A stretch of 64,000 bases of DNA from Euryarchaeota archaeon UBA438 (lineage in GTDB: Archaea; Thermoplasmatota; Poseidoniia; Poseidoniales; Thalassarchaeaceae), in NCBI GenBank assembly GCA_002504435.1, contig DAQP01000043.1, forward strand, positions 16,810 through 80,809. Reading direction: 5' to 3'. The notes under the pieces were generated by a model, which worked only from the letters and a program-made list of their open reading frames with translations, did not search any database and had not been told where the DNA came from. The position numbers and the translations under genes were made by a program. Of the stretch, positions 29,801-38,331 are shown in pieces. The stretch's first letter is position 1. Every line of letters begins with the position of its first letter.

Positions 29801-32761
29801 TCCCGCGGACCTTAGCATCACGGCGAAAAGAGTGCTGAACTGGTCACAGTCACCCTCAAACGAGTTGTTCAGAATCCAATAGGACAGGTCATCCTCGTCA
29901 TCGAGAACCCCGACTTCGGTCCCGTTATGGTTTCTCAGGAAAGAGGTAGTCGAGTTACCATTAATGATGAAGTCCTGGATTGCGGACACCCTGTCCCAAG
30001 CGGAGAACGCCCCTGACTCATTGATTACTGTCATTGTTATTGAGTTGACAAAGCTGGCGGCATTGCCCTTTGCCAGATATGAGCTTGGGAGGTCCGTCGC
30101 ATAACTGCTATTGGAGAACTCTGTTGTATTTTCCCTAATCGCCTGGGTGATCAGAACTTGCGGGGCGGTAACGAAGAGCGTGTCTATGGTTGCACCGTCC
30201 ACTATTGCATCCCTGGTGAAATTCGAGAAGTTGAGGCCAGCATTAGCATCGGTCCATCCAGTATAGTTGACAGCGTTATGGGGTACGATAATTTCCTCGC
30301 CAGGGAAGATCAGTGCCCCTGACTCAAGTGATATCTCCCAGCCAAGGACCTCAGATCCATCCCAGAACTGCTGGTCGGCAACACCCTGTGTGGTCGAGAA
30401 ACCCGGGAACATCTGCGTATTCCCAACGAGACTAGTGTTGACCCCCCAAGAAATCCCGGTATAGAAGTCATAGGTATGCCACCTCCAGTAATGCGTAATA
30501 TTGGGGTCCACCCCCATTGAGGTGTTCATCGCCTCGAAGAACATCATGTTGGGGTCTATATCATCCGTCGGATCCCACGGATTTCCATCGGCGTTCAGAC
30601 AATTAATGTCCCAAAACTCTGATGTGCACTCCTGTCCATCGGGAACTCCCCCTCCATCGGTATCCGGATCCCTCCAGTCAGTGCCCGTAGAGTTCTCAAT
30701 GGTGTCTGGTATCCCATCTCCATCGGTATCTACTGGATTTAGGTCATCGTTAGGATTATTCTGAGGGTTCGTTCCATCCAGATACTCCTGGAAATCAGTA
30801 ACGCCCCCGTTGTCAGTGTCGGTTACATTCCACAGTGTGAAGTAGGTATCAGTAGTGCCGTTTCCACCCAAGTCGCCGAATGCAATCAAGCAAACTGTTG
30901 TATTCTCAAAGTAGTTGTTTAGACCGTCCCCATCTGAATCCAGAAGGTTATCACATGGATTGCTAGGGTCGGTTAGATTGAGTATCTCATCTAGGTCATT
31001 CACCCCGTCCCCATCTGTGTCGGACATGTTCCAATCGGAAAGGAATCCAAAACTCCCAGTAGATTCCTCCCAATCGGCTAGCCCATCCCCATCAGTGTCG
31101 AAATAGTCATCGTCGCATATTGGATCGTTGGAGAAACCTAGGGATTGATCCCAGCACCAAGAGAAGTTGACGAATGTAACAGATGTGGCATCAGGTGGTT
31201 TGTCCGTGTCTATGCCCCTCAATGCATCGCCATTGATGGAAGTGAACCTAAATCCTGTGAGGCTGCCGTTTGTTGATGACACGTAGTATCCCATGGGTTC
31301 GCCATTCTGCCTCCAATCCTCGGGTGTCTGATCGAGTGCGGATGTATCATTTAACGTGAGAATCATGTTTGTGGCATCGAAGTCGACTATTGACAGATTC
31401 AGTGTTTGAAGCGAAGTGCAGGGGTCTGTTCCGTGAGACGGGTCAAGCTCCGAGCCGTCACTAATCCCTCCGCCGTCAGTATCTGCAACATTCCAGAGGG
31501 TACATGTCATGTTTTCCTCCCAGTTGGGTATGCCGTCGTCATCGAAGTCACCGGAATCCTCAATCCTTGTTGGATCCGTCTCATTTTCATCCACAATGCC
31601 GTTCCCGTTGAGGTCCTCCTCTCCGTCGTCAAACTGGTCATCATCCGTATTGTTGTCCCTTGGGTCGCTTGCCAGAGGGGGGTCCCCGTACTGGCCATTT
31701 ACCTCCACACCATCACTAATTCCGTCACCATCGGTGTCAGGGGATGTTGGGTCGGTCAGCAGAACGAGTGCTTCGTAAGAGTCGTTGAGTCCGTCCCCAT
31801 CAGTGTCGTTATTCTGGGGGTCTGTGGAAGTAATGCCGTCGACCTCTGCCGTGAAGATCAGGCACCCACCGGGTCCAAGTTGCAGTACTGGGTTGCAGGG
31901 GGATTCAGTAGCAGTCATGGCTAGTGGGCCTGGTCTGAAGTACTGTGTGGGCGGGGTAGTGGTTCCATTTCGGGTCCCCCAAGCTGGGTTAATGAACTCC
32001 TTCAGGTTCACTAGCCCGTCTCCATCAGGGTCCCCCGATGCCCCATCTTGATTGGTGCGTGAAGTGGGGTCTAGCCCATTTGCAACTTCCCAACCGTCGG
32101 GCATGCCGTCGCCATCGGTATCCCAGCCATTTGGATCCTCATCGATGAGGCCGTCACCGTCATCGTCATCACTTGTGCAGTTCGCATCACCGTCACCGTC
32201 ACCGTCGAAATTGTCGACCATCCCATCCTTGTCATCATCAAATGTGTTGAAGCAAATGTTTCCCCACGGATCCTCATCAGCTCCGTCGGAACCTAGCCCC
32301 TGTATGAGTTGCATGGCGCTTTCCTCGTCCCAGTTACTCACGGGTACAGTGCCATTCCACCAAACGCCGTTGTCCAGCTCATTTGGGGTGTTTGGGTCAT
32401 CCCAGTTCGCAGGTATGCCAAACATCAACTCATTCAGGTTTGAGAGTGAGTCTCCGTCTGGATCGCCCGTGGATCCGTTATCGCCTGTAGATGAGAGTGG
32501 ATTCAGGCCGTACTGCCATTCCCACCCGTCAGGAAGACCGTCATTGTCCGTGTCCCAGTCCTGGGGCTGGGTATTGATGTAGAACTCGAGACCGTAAGAT
32601 AGGCCATCTCCGTCCTGATCGGTTGAAGCCAGCGCCTCCCAAGCAGCGAACTCCAATGCCGAGTACGAAGAAAGGAGCATCAGGGCCGAGAAAATTATGG
32701 CTGACCTGCTCTTCCTGAGGCCGTCCTTGTCCAACCCTGTAGATTGACTAAATGAGTCCAT
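23807..32761 (-). CDS. Giant membrane-anchored surface protein: TSP3-like Ca-binding repeats, transglutaminase-like domain, Ig-like repeats, TM, DUF4129-like cytoplasmic domain
   Basis: Many DTDGDG/DSDGDG repeats; GDCDQFS...RSAGIPARKVTGF...WVEV...GWIPFE; G.L.D...G Ig repeats; TM followed by RRRK; ETVREF...FEEARYS tail. Confidence 0.88.
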   Translation of the reverse strand: MDSFSQSTGLDKDGLRKSRSAIIFSALMLLSSYSALEFAAWEALASTDQDGDGLSYGLEFYINTQPQDWDTDNDGLPDGWEWQYGLNPLSSTGDNGSTGDPDGDSLSNLNELMFGIPANWDDPNTPNELDNGVWWNGTVPVSNWDEESAMQLIQGLGSDGADEDPWGNICFNTFDDDKDGMVDNFDGDGDGDANCTSDDDDGDGLIDEDPNGWDTDGDGMPDGWEVANGLDPTSRTNQDGASGDPDGDGLVNLKEFINPAWGTRNGTTTPPTQYFRPGPLAMTATESPCNPVLQLGPGGCLIFTAEVDGITSTDPQNNDTDGDGLNDSYEALVLLTDPTSPDTDGDGISDGVEVNGQYGDPPLASDPRDNNTDDDQFDDGEEDLNGNGIVDENETDPTRIEDSGDFDDDGIPNWEENMTCTLWNVADTDGGGISDGSELDPSHGTDPCTSLQTLNLSIVDFDATNMILTLNDTSALDQTPEDWRQNGEPMGYYVSSTNGSLTGFRFTSINGDALRGIDTDKPPDATSVTFVNFSWCWDQSLGFSNDPICDDDYFDTDGDGLADWEESTGSFGFLSDWNMSDTDGDGVNDLDEILNLTDPSNPCDNLLDSDGDGLNNYFENTTVCLIAFGDLGGNGTTDTYFTLWNVTDTDNGGVTDFQEYLDGTNPQNNPNDDLNPVDTDGDGIPDTIENSTGTDWRDPDTDGGGVPDGQECTSEFWDINCLNADGNPWDPTDDIDPNMMFFEAMNTSMGVDPNITHYWRWHTYDFYTGISWGVNTSLVGNTQMFPGFSTTQGVADQQFWDGSEVLGWEISLESGALIFPGEEIIVPHNAVNYTGWTDANAGLNFSNFTRDAIVDGATIDTLFVTAPQVLITQAIRENTTEFSNSSYATDLPSSYLAKGNAASFVNSITMTVINESGAFSAWDRVSAIQDFIINGNSTTSFLRNHNGTEVGVLDDEDDLSYWILNNSFEGDCDQFSTLFAVMLRSAGIPARKVTGFSGGKWTGTSFEVYGKDFTTWVEVHLQTNSNLGNADLGWIPFEACPSLSTVEVVDESWGPIWFDRDLSSGNISLDGILRFTENQTSVANITIDMYLVRSNQTENVPGSAALEEHFVGTAITDENGSFNITGQPQEVINPGYGALVLRTYENGYVGSQGITFPWRMNITDDVDMSITEPEPVDEPKIGIGVNTTVTGEISLSSEPYNDITQLDSLQVVLNYTTTADGPVSLISSVGAGGYYEFSVPIDESEQEGLIAATLNFLGWHEEDLNNASTPLYHLRPQSVGFNLNLTPAPNLTVTLEGHGANNTILEVDQPIYLNGTVLSRSTIPEALNGTLTLQMRRSAANGPFTTLNSWYLNDSDWTGALGQFAVNWSFSASEVPIPAGLVEIRYQFEADGLFAKDESVVIDEHGVKSYVNFSYILNPAPVGSDSEVEVTLSDHTGNSVASFVGNYSLDFNGELVWNQSDPELPRVMVTWRPTIDVEAGDYPWQLNYSGSTWLLPNSVLDTVRVQGRADVSFTLGSEWTPRGQSSWISGFARDINLNSTILGNNSSIIVNMEVPSDQPPTPDGLEAPPVTYRLGEQWIDNTTGEYNITFQMPSGVGAGVYDLRLILDFEKNPPTGGAYYLVSGAVVLQAGVQTEYVVEAEPLQSIVIAGQTLVTNATVTDVESNDRLQNTTVDIYFDWGGPLQQVLNSTVTGSDGVARFTPTIPADAPPGYYDVRLHAPDDLTDSLTTPNAGRWIGNESTVNLTVQVASSIRIDNAPLPEVTAGQFFQLQGQVLDGVDQNRSVSGPMTLEVFFLNDPSETLVTGHVTAANGSFSIMVPTDPLGDGVTNGLKTVIVSVENGSTPFYLTGSGNETILVRGVTQFTERNPLLNTIVDRGTSITFGAKLVESSDGDRQLSDMPVSALFHDTWLTPEQPTNGQGIVNFTFSVPHSHPLGLIPIVLMFNGSNGSDTLHPSSTIINTITVRSPTNITFDPITSNPAAGEFLDISGTLTSSNGSGIVDRSGNALNPTLNFAIDGDTNSFSVTGGTVDANGTWSARIFLDLSFPRGTHNITASYTPSVNYYGASSEDGIFDSRGFSMLSIISPTDLDPDERTVRGDNITLNMSLIDNSGQFVSGAQVDISIDGAPAWSGLTNEDGIVTTVIPTDSNRAPGPMTITATFAGFNGTTGLLGDETWTRVVILAPTVLDVTSITGSAIAGESVTFTGTLLDEHGAPLIEDGEEKGGVVHLSIDGIDVGPLYTSISNSSTGIWSITYDLPLDTDYGDHTFTVDFLGGFTWVDPMGQGDSLNPEYYLPSSITQEFNATQTSQVVLTTPPGEVDRNELLLIEGMLTDGAGRVLPGRDLDVYMNDQFLTSLSVSDNGTFSLFFPVPPDMPLGPRNVRIEFGGEEFVIASNSSTIFTVFGPVEVSVEQPVPVAVGDVLQLRGSVKDNLPDGWLGNHSLQIFIDGILIGTTTTDEDGSWSHSWVVSEFLDVGQHTLTVIAPNQGYHREGSVEANLTIAYHTGMTLQVENNVVTRGGAWNLSGRLFDADSTGNPGLEGRVLSFLLDGEEVSTITTSIDGTFSISHELGYLISRGSHDVSLVFAGEQLYLSNSINATVYARADIQIEILFLEDEVVRSDGNRPIRVLGRIIEIGGEGNTMEEMDLSLYWDESLRPNTKITWDETTGQFLVESNAISTMPPGVASMSIVVDPDSSRFLNGGEIEFEVIIKVPVNFEFLPDSLFLEIGQSSMSGKVNVTATDRAEAIEGVSITARLVNESSTHFTVVGVTDQNGIFTYQFESFHENHPLWDRDFWGDLSVEFSSDSDIIDPIDAARLSQFAVVDVEYQPEQGASLVGPAMTALAILVIIGLAAAGVIVLRRRKQAAIDELAGVFSYTAELLAAGDEVREAIFNCYEGLCQILMSRGFLRRDFETVREFELAIRNALPISEQALLSLDRIFEEARYSSHVLGEPHRESAQMALSSVLQEIDQLEEVPSREASIVPQE

Positions 32762-32843
32762 GCTACGCAACCCCTTGTACTAGGGCGGAAAGTAGGGCAC
32801 TTAAGAGGAATGGAGCGTCGTTCGGACAATGACTCGCTACTAA

Positions 32844-35777
32844 TCAAACCAGTTCGATGTCGTCATCCTCGTATACATCGTCCTCTTCCTCTTCTATCGA
32901 CACAACTGGAGCGGGTAAATCATCGTCCTCTTCATCTTCCAAATCATCATCTGAATCACTGGAAATTGCATCTAAATATGCCATATGTGCCTTCCACCTT
33001 CTCCTGTTCATAGCGCCTTGGATCCCTGCGATGAGTAGCATTGCTGCAACTATTCCCACGATGTAAGTTGAAAGTCGGGGGTGTGTAATCTCGTTTACAA
33101 GTCTGTCAATTAGTGACGAAATTCCCACTCTCATCACGACGGTCTTCTCAGCCGTAGCATCATCGGGCCAGCTCTGCTGCGTGTCGAATGGGGTTGCCGA
33201 AACTAGGACATCTGCGGTCTCGCCATTGTTTGCAGAGTCGGGTACGTTAACGTCCAATACGAATGTGACTTCTTCGAATGCACCAAGCACTATCAGAACC
33301 GACCCCGACGGGCCGTCGATGTCAACGGACCAACCGGTCCCGTCAACTTCAGCCTCCAAGAGTACGGTGAGAGGACTGTTGCCCAAGTTCTTGACCTTCA
33401 TCTGGATAGGGTATGACTCCCCCGGAACTAGAAGTCGATTGGGCGTTACTTGTACGATTTCCAAGTTGGGGTCATCGGGATCAATCTCAAACACCATTGG
33501 CAAGTCAAAGTACTTGGCATCGTCATCAGTGGTATCTTCGACTATTCTGAGGTAAACTGTGTGATTGCCAAACTCTACCTGATTTGTCAAAGTGATGGTC
33601 ACGAATACCTCGGTTTCATCGCCCGGGGCAAGAGAGACCCTAGGAACGGCATTACCCGACGAGTCCTCAATTCTGAATTGCCACTGACCGTACGCGGCGT
33701 TTCTATCGGTGTTATCGTCCAATGAAGCTGGATTCTGAATCCTCCACCATGTGGCGGATTCGCCGGATGTCATCGTATTGGTGATCTTTGCCCTCAGAGA
33801 TACTTCTGCGTTTCCTGGCCCGGGGTCGCACAGAGAAACCCTGATGTGGCCAAGTGGTGAACCATCGCAGTCATAGGAAACCTCGGCCCTTATTCCAAAT
33901 GTGCGTTGGATAGTGAATAGTACCGTGGACCTCAGAGAGGCGTTTCCAGAACTTACCACCTCTATCTCAACTGGGCCGATGTCGGGGTCTTCTCTGTCGG
34001 CCGAGGGCTTGATCATCAGCCTCAGCGTTTGAGTGTCGTGCCTATCCAAGAGAGCTGTATGGAAAGTGCCGTCACCTTCGTCCTCCAGAATTCTCTGACC
34101 AGTGTCATTATCGTACACGTGAATGATTGACTTGGATCTTTGTAGTACGTCGATCCTGAATGTGTCAGCATCGAAACCGGTGTTGAAAATCTCAAGAAGG
34201 AATGGGGTGAATTGGTCATAGTCGACATACCTAGGTATGGTTGAATCAATGTCATCAGGGCGTGAAGAGTTTGCTATTGGGATGTCATGGTCCTCTGACC
34301 ATATGGATACTTGTGGAGGTTGGTAAACGTCGATCTTCTCCAAGTCAATCTGAAGAGTGTCCTGGTGAACGACGGTAAGTACGCCGTCGACCTCTGCTTC
34401 TGCAACAGCTCTGATATCTATGGAGCCTGGTGCACCTGTAAGATCCTCAGGTGCGGTGAGAGTAAGTATTGGATTCAGAATATCTCCTCCAGCATTGAGT
34501 GTATATCCGCCTGGTGAGTCGAATTCTAGCAACCATGAGCTTGGGAAATTTGTTAGGACCTCTAATTCCACGTCCATCGACTTCGTAGAGTCTCCCCTGT
34601 GAACTAGTTGGAGTGGAACGGGGGTTGTTTGTCCGGGAGCTATGTATTCTGTAGTTCGGTCCAGCCTATGGTTCAATGCAACTCCCCACTGCTCCATTGT
34701 TACAGGTTCATGCTCGATTATGACGCTATTACCTTGGATGTCAGAAACCTCGAGTTCGACAGAATATTCCCCGGATGGGATGCCGCTAGGGTATGACCAG
34801 AGGTACTCTCCAAAGATGCCTTGGCTTGTGTCCTCTATTTCCTCGTCGTCCTCATCGATTACGTGGTCTATCCGGTACATTCCGTCGGGATCCCGCATCA
34901 ATAGCCTTACCGAGTCTACGTCATACCTGCCAAAACTGCTCTTGACATCGAAGGAGAACTGCATAACCCTCTCAGACAGGATGTCATTCGGAAACCATTC
35001 CAACTCTGGCCCCTCTGCGAGTTCTGCACCCTCCCTCTGTAGGAGAACAAGGCTGTTGGATATTGCGTTTGCCTCAATCTCTAGGGTGCTGAATCTGTCG
35101 TCGCCGTCTATCTCATTCCATGCCACCTCGGCCTCGCAACTAGAGCCGAATGGGCTTCCACTACTGTCACAACCAGACATATCGGCATCGACAATTAGTT
35201 CGAGGCGCTCGTCCTTGTCTATAGTGAATCTCTGGTCGTTCCCTAGGTCGATTTCAAATGTCTCATGGTCAAAACTGCAGCTCTGAGTAAGTCCTGGATT
35301 GCATGCATCAGTGCTCCAAGAAACCGAACCGACTTGACTACCTGATGACTTGAGTGTGATTGTCCACTCCACGGAGGAAGTGTCAGGGCCTGTCGCCCTC
35401 ATGAATAGCCCCAGTGGCAAGTAGTAAGATCCGGAGCCTGAGCCATGATTGGGGCGTCCGGCTACATCCAAAGAAGACAGCATAGGACTAGTTCGGAACT
35501 CTATGCTGCTGTCTAGGGCGCTCATCGACTCTTGGCCCCCTGATTCGGGAACCTGTGTTGTGATGTAACCATCACCGCCTGCAGAAGAATTCTGGGAAGC
35601 GAAATACATTGTATAGAGATTCAACTGGACATCTGAGCCTGCTTCCATCCTGGCTTCTTCTGGAAGCTCGTATTGGTGGTTGGAAAGCATGCCAAAGGGC
35701 ATCAACATCAGCAGGGAAAGTGCCAGGGCCAGCCTGAAACGGCGGGACGCGCTATTCGCTATGCTGCTCGCATACAC
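32844..35777 (-). CDS. Large secreted/membrane-anchored Ig-repeat (NEW3-like) surface protein with very acidic tail
   Basis: Signal peptide; VHRGD/FNTGF/TNTMT/KNLGN Ig-module starts; C-terminal TM and D/E-rich tail. Confidence 0.8.
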   Translation of the reverse strand: MYASSIANSASRRFRLALALSLLMLMPFGMLSNHQYELPEEARMEAGSDVQLNLYTMYFASQNSSAGGDGYITTQVPESGGQESMSALDSSIEFRTSPMLSSLDVAGRPNHGSGSGSYYLPLGLFMRATGPDTSSVEWTITLKSSGSQVGSVSWSTDACNPGLTQSCSFDHETFEIDLGNDQRFTIDKDERLELIVDADMSGCDSSGSPFGSSCEAEVAWNEIDGDDRFSTLEIEANAISNSLVLLQREGAELAEGPELEWFPNDILSERVMQFSFDVKSSFGRYDVDSVRLLMRDPDGMYRIDHVIDEDDEEIEDTSQGIFGEYLWSYPSGIPSGEYSVELEVSDIQGNSVIIEHEPVTMEQWGVALNHRLDRTTEYIAPGQTTPVPLQLVHRGDSTKSMDVELEVLTNFPSSWLLEFDSPGGYTLNAGGDILNPILTLTAPEDLTGAPGSIDIRAVAEAEVDGVLTVVHQDTLQIDLEKIDVYQPPQVSIWSEDHDIPIANSSRPDDIDSTIPRYVDYDQFTPFLLEIFNTGFDADTFRIDVLQRSKSIIHVYDNDTGQRILEDEGDGTFHTALLDRHDTQTLRLMIKPSADREDPDIGPVEIEVVSSGNASLRSTVLFTIQRTFGIRAEVSYDCDGSPLGHIRVSLCDPGPGNAEVSLRAKITNTMTSGESATWWRIQNPASLDDNTDRNAAYGQWQFRIEDSSGNAVPRVSLAPGDETEVFVTITLTNQVEFGNHTVYLRIVEDTTDDDAKYFDLPMVFEIDPDDPNLEIVQVTPNRLLVPGESYPIQMKVKNLGNSPLTVLLEAEVDGTGWSVDIDGPSGSVLIVLGAFEEVTFVLDVNVPDSANNGETADVLVSATPFDTQQSWPDDATAEKTVVMRVGISSLIDRLVNEITHPRLSTYIVGIVAAMLLIAGIQGAMNRRRWKAHMAYLDAISSDSDDDLEDEEDDDLPAPVVSIEEEEDDVYEDDDIELV

Positions 35778-35894
35778 GTCTTGTCGCCCACAGGAGTGGC
35801 GTTAAAGCGTTCGTGCCCTAAGGGCACGTGATATGTCGGTTCGGGGGGTTGCCAAAGCGCTCGATTCAAGGAGTAGGACCCGTGCTCAGGGGTT

Positions 35895-35980
35895 GCAGAG
35901 GTACCCGAGTTGGTCAAAGGGGCCGGACTTAAGCTCCGGTGCAAAGTGCTTCGCAGGTTCGAATCCTGCCCTCTGCACCA
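35895..35980 (+). tRNA. tRNA-Leu (anticodon TAA), intronless, CCA encoded
   Basis: Acceptor GCAGAGG/CCTCTGC, D-loop GAGTTGGTCAAA, anticodon stem CCGGA-CTTAAGC-TCCGG, extended variable region, GGTTCGAATCC, ends ACCA. Confidence 0.97.
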
Positions 35981-35981
35981 A

Positions 35982-36386
35982 TCACCTGATACGGGTCATC
36001 GAGCAACCTAGCTCACCGTCAATGCCGACAACTTCTAGCTTCTTCATCGATACTGTGGCAGCAACGACCTCTCCCGGCGACATTATCTCATTCAACAACT
36101 CCGATGCAAGTGTCTCCATGAGGGCGCTCCTCCTCCTCGAAACGACTCTATCGATTGAAGAAGAAAGGAACTCATAATCGAGAACCATGTCAATCTGGTC
36201 TTCCTTCGGCTTGGAGGCGCCATCCATGATTACGTACATATCGAAACTTATCTTCTGAGGGTTACCAATCTCATGCTCGTGAACCCCTATATCGACATCT
36301 CTGACGGAGTTCTCCAGAAACAGAGTTGTGAACTCTTTGGACCCTGATCTTACTAACTCTCTGAGAGCCTCGATGTGTGAATTCAA
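35982..36386 (-). CDS. folB: Dihydroneopterin aldolase
   Basis: IGVHEHE...QKISFD...VLDY...LMETLA...VSMKK; TTG start after GGAGGG. Confidence 0.85.
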   Translation of the reverse strand: MNSHIEALRELVRSGSKEFTTLFLENSVRDVDIGVHEHEIGNPQKISFDMYVIMDGASKPKEDQIDMVLDYEFLSSSIDRVVSRRRSALMETLASELLNEIMSPGEVVAATVSMKKLEVVGIDGELGCSMTRIR

Positions 36387-36387
36387 G

Positions 36388-37149
36388 CTATCCCTCCGTT
36401 TCAAAAAATACGTCTCTCTTTCGGGCTAGGAACCTCTCTCCCGAGTCTACGAAAATAGTCTGGCCCGTGATGGACCTTGAGCTCATCAGGAATACGACTG
36501 CATCTGCTATGTCGTCTGGACTAGGGCCAAATCCCAACGGGGATTCAGATTGTGCCCTTGAGAAACCAGCCTGGGTCTGCTCAGAACTAGGTAACGTGTG
36601 GCCCGGCGCCACTGCGTTTACTCGTACTCTCGGTGCCAATCCCCTGGCCAAAGCCTCAGTCACTCCCAGCATCGCAAATCTTGACGCAGTATACGAAAGA
36701 TGATCCGGATTGGGCTGGGCGACCTTCTGGTCGAGTATGTTAACGATGGAACCGCCATTTTCATCGGGCAATCTTCTGACTAATTCCCCGATAAGTAATA
36801 TTGGAGAGAGGGCGTTGACTTCCATGTGACCTGCCCATGACTCTTCCGAAACGGTAGTAATATCATCATGAGAAAACATGGATGCATTGTTGACTAGCCC
36901 GACGACTGGGCCCAATGAATTCTCGGCAATAGAAATTATCTCAGATGCTGACTTGGGGTTTGACAAATCGCACTGTATGTGAGTGGCATTTCCGCCTGAT
37001 GATTGTATCTCAGATACTAGTTCCTTGGCCTCATTCTCGGAAGAAAAATAGTGGACTGCTACTGAGAAACCGCTCTTAGCCAGCGCCAGGGAGATTTGCT
37101 TGCCTATCCTTGCTGCTCCTCCCGTCACAACTACGGTGCCACCAGACAT
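36388..37149 (-). CDS. SDR oxidoreductase, pteridine reductase (FolM/PTR1-like)
   Basis: TGGAARIG, AVHY..S, LVNNASMF, IVNILDQ, SYTASR, LAPRVRVNAVAPG, ITGQTIFVDSG; adjacent to folB. Confidence 0.8.
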   Translation of the reverse strand: MSGGTVVVTGGAARIGKQISLALAKSGFSVAVHYFSSENEAKELVSEIQSSGGNATHIQCDLSNPKSASEIISIAENSLGPVVGLVNNASMFSHDDITTVSEESWAGHMEVNALSPILLIGELVRRLPDENGGSIVNILDQKVAQPNPDHLSYTASRFAMLGVTEALARGLAPRVRVNAVAPGHTLPSSEQTQAGFSRAQSESPLGFGPSPDDIADAVVFLMSSRSITGQTIFVDSGERFLARKRDVFFETEG

Positions 37150-37250
37150 GATGCCCCGAGGAAACACACCCCTATTACGGGTTGTTCTCGACGGGCTCAA
37201 GTAGGCCCTCATGAGAATGGTTAATTTCGTACCTCCATCCGAAGGAACTG

Positions 37251-38309
37251 ATGGCCACTCGCCTGCCCCTCGCCAGGGATGCCGCGGATAGTGCAATGGG
37301 ATGTGGCTCGGCGCCCCCCGAAGAAAGAGAATCTAGGAGGTCTAGGGAGAGAAAGAGGCTGCCTAAGTGGTTCAAAACTTCACTCCCGGTTGGCACCTCC
37401 CAAGTAAGGTACAATGAGACAAAGAGCCGAGTAGTTGAGAATGGCCTGAATACAGTTTGTGAAGAGGCTAGGTGCCCCAATGTTCACGACTGTTGGGGCA
37501 GGGGCACTGCAACATTCATGATTGCTGGAGATATTTGTACTCGTGGTTGCAGGTTCTGTGCCATTGACACGGCTAAGAATCCCCCTCCTCTTGATCCTTC
37601 AGAGCCAGAGTCTCTGGCGGATGCGGTCAGTAGAATGGGTTTGAGCCACGCGGTAATTACTGTTGTGAACAGGGATGACCTGCCAGATGGTGGTGCGAAT
37701 CATTACGCTGAGTGCATCAAAGCAATTAATGAGAAGTCTCCTGATGTCGGGCTGGAATTGCTTTCTTCCGACCTAGATGGGGACTTAGATTCGCTTGCTA
37801 GGCTACTAGATGGTCTGCCTCTGAAGGTGTTTGCGCACAATGTTGAGTGTGTGCCTAGGCTAGACTCAGTTGTCAGAGACCCCAGAGCTTCATTTGAACA
37901 GTCCATTTCTATCCTCATGGAGGCCAAGAGAATTAGGCCAGACATCCTGACAAAGAGCAGCATTATGGTGGGCCTAGGTGAAACGGACGAGGAGGTTTCC
38001 GAAGCGATGATGAGGCTTCGTTCTGCAGGAGTAGACATGATTACTCTGGGCCAGTACCTTCAGCCTGGCGACAGGCACCTCCAGGTGGACAGGTTTCCCG
38101 AGCCCTCAACATTCGCGAGATGGGACAAGGAAGCTAGAGAAATGGGGTTCAGTGCTGTTGCCAGTGGGCCTCTAGTGAGGTCTAGTTACAGGGCAGGGCT
38201 GCTTTGGGAAGAGGCGAAAGGCGGGGAGCCCGTAGTAACAAGGGAGTCGACCGGTTCAGCCGTAAGCTACCTGAAGACAAATCAGATTGGCCAAACCCAA
38301 ACAATATGA
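37251..38309 (+). CDS. lipA: Lipoyl synthase
   Basis: CEEARCPNVHDC and CTRGCRFC clusters; VRSSYRA. Confidence 0.97.
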   Translation: MATRLPLARDAADSAMGCGSAPPEERESRRSRERKRLPKWFKTSLPVGTSQVRYNETKSRVVENGLNTVCEEARCPNVHDCWGRGTATFMIAGDICTRGCRFCAIDTAKNPPPLDPSEPESLADAVSRMGLSHAVITVVNRDDLPDGGANHYAECIKAINEKSPDVGLELLSSDLDGDLDSLARLLDGLPLKVFAHNVECVPRLDSVVRDPRASFEQSISILMEAKRIRPDILTKSSIMVGLGETDEEVSEAMMRLRSAGVDMITLGQYLQPGDRHLQVDRFPEPSTFARWDKEAREMGFSAVASGPLVRSSYRAGLLWEEAKGGEPVVTRESTGSAVSYLKTNQIGQTQTI

Positions 38310-38331
38310 GCAAGGAGCGAGTGATTGAAGC

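Noticed and set aside
32150..32207. Short tandem CCGTCA repeats
   Set aside because: They encode the DGDGD Ca-binding motifs of the giant protein; not a CRISPR or contingency locus
35895..37149. tRNA-Leu as an integration site for the adjacent bacterial-like genes
   Set aside because: No integrase, no duplicated tRNA 3' end seen in the window, and no obvious compositional shift
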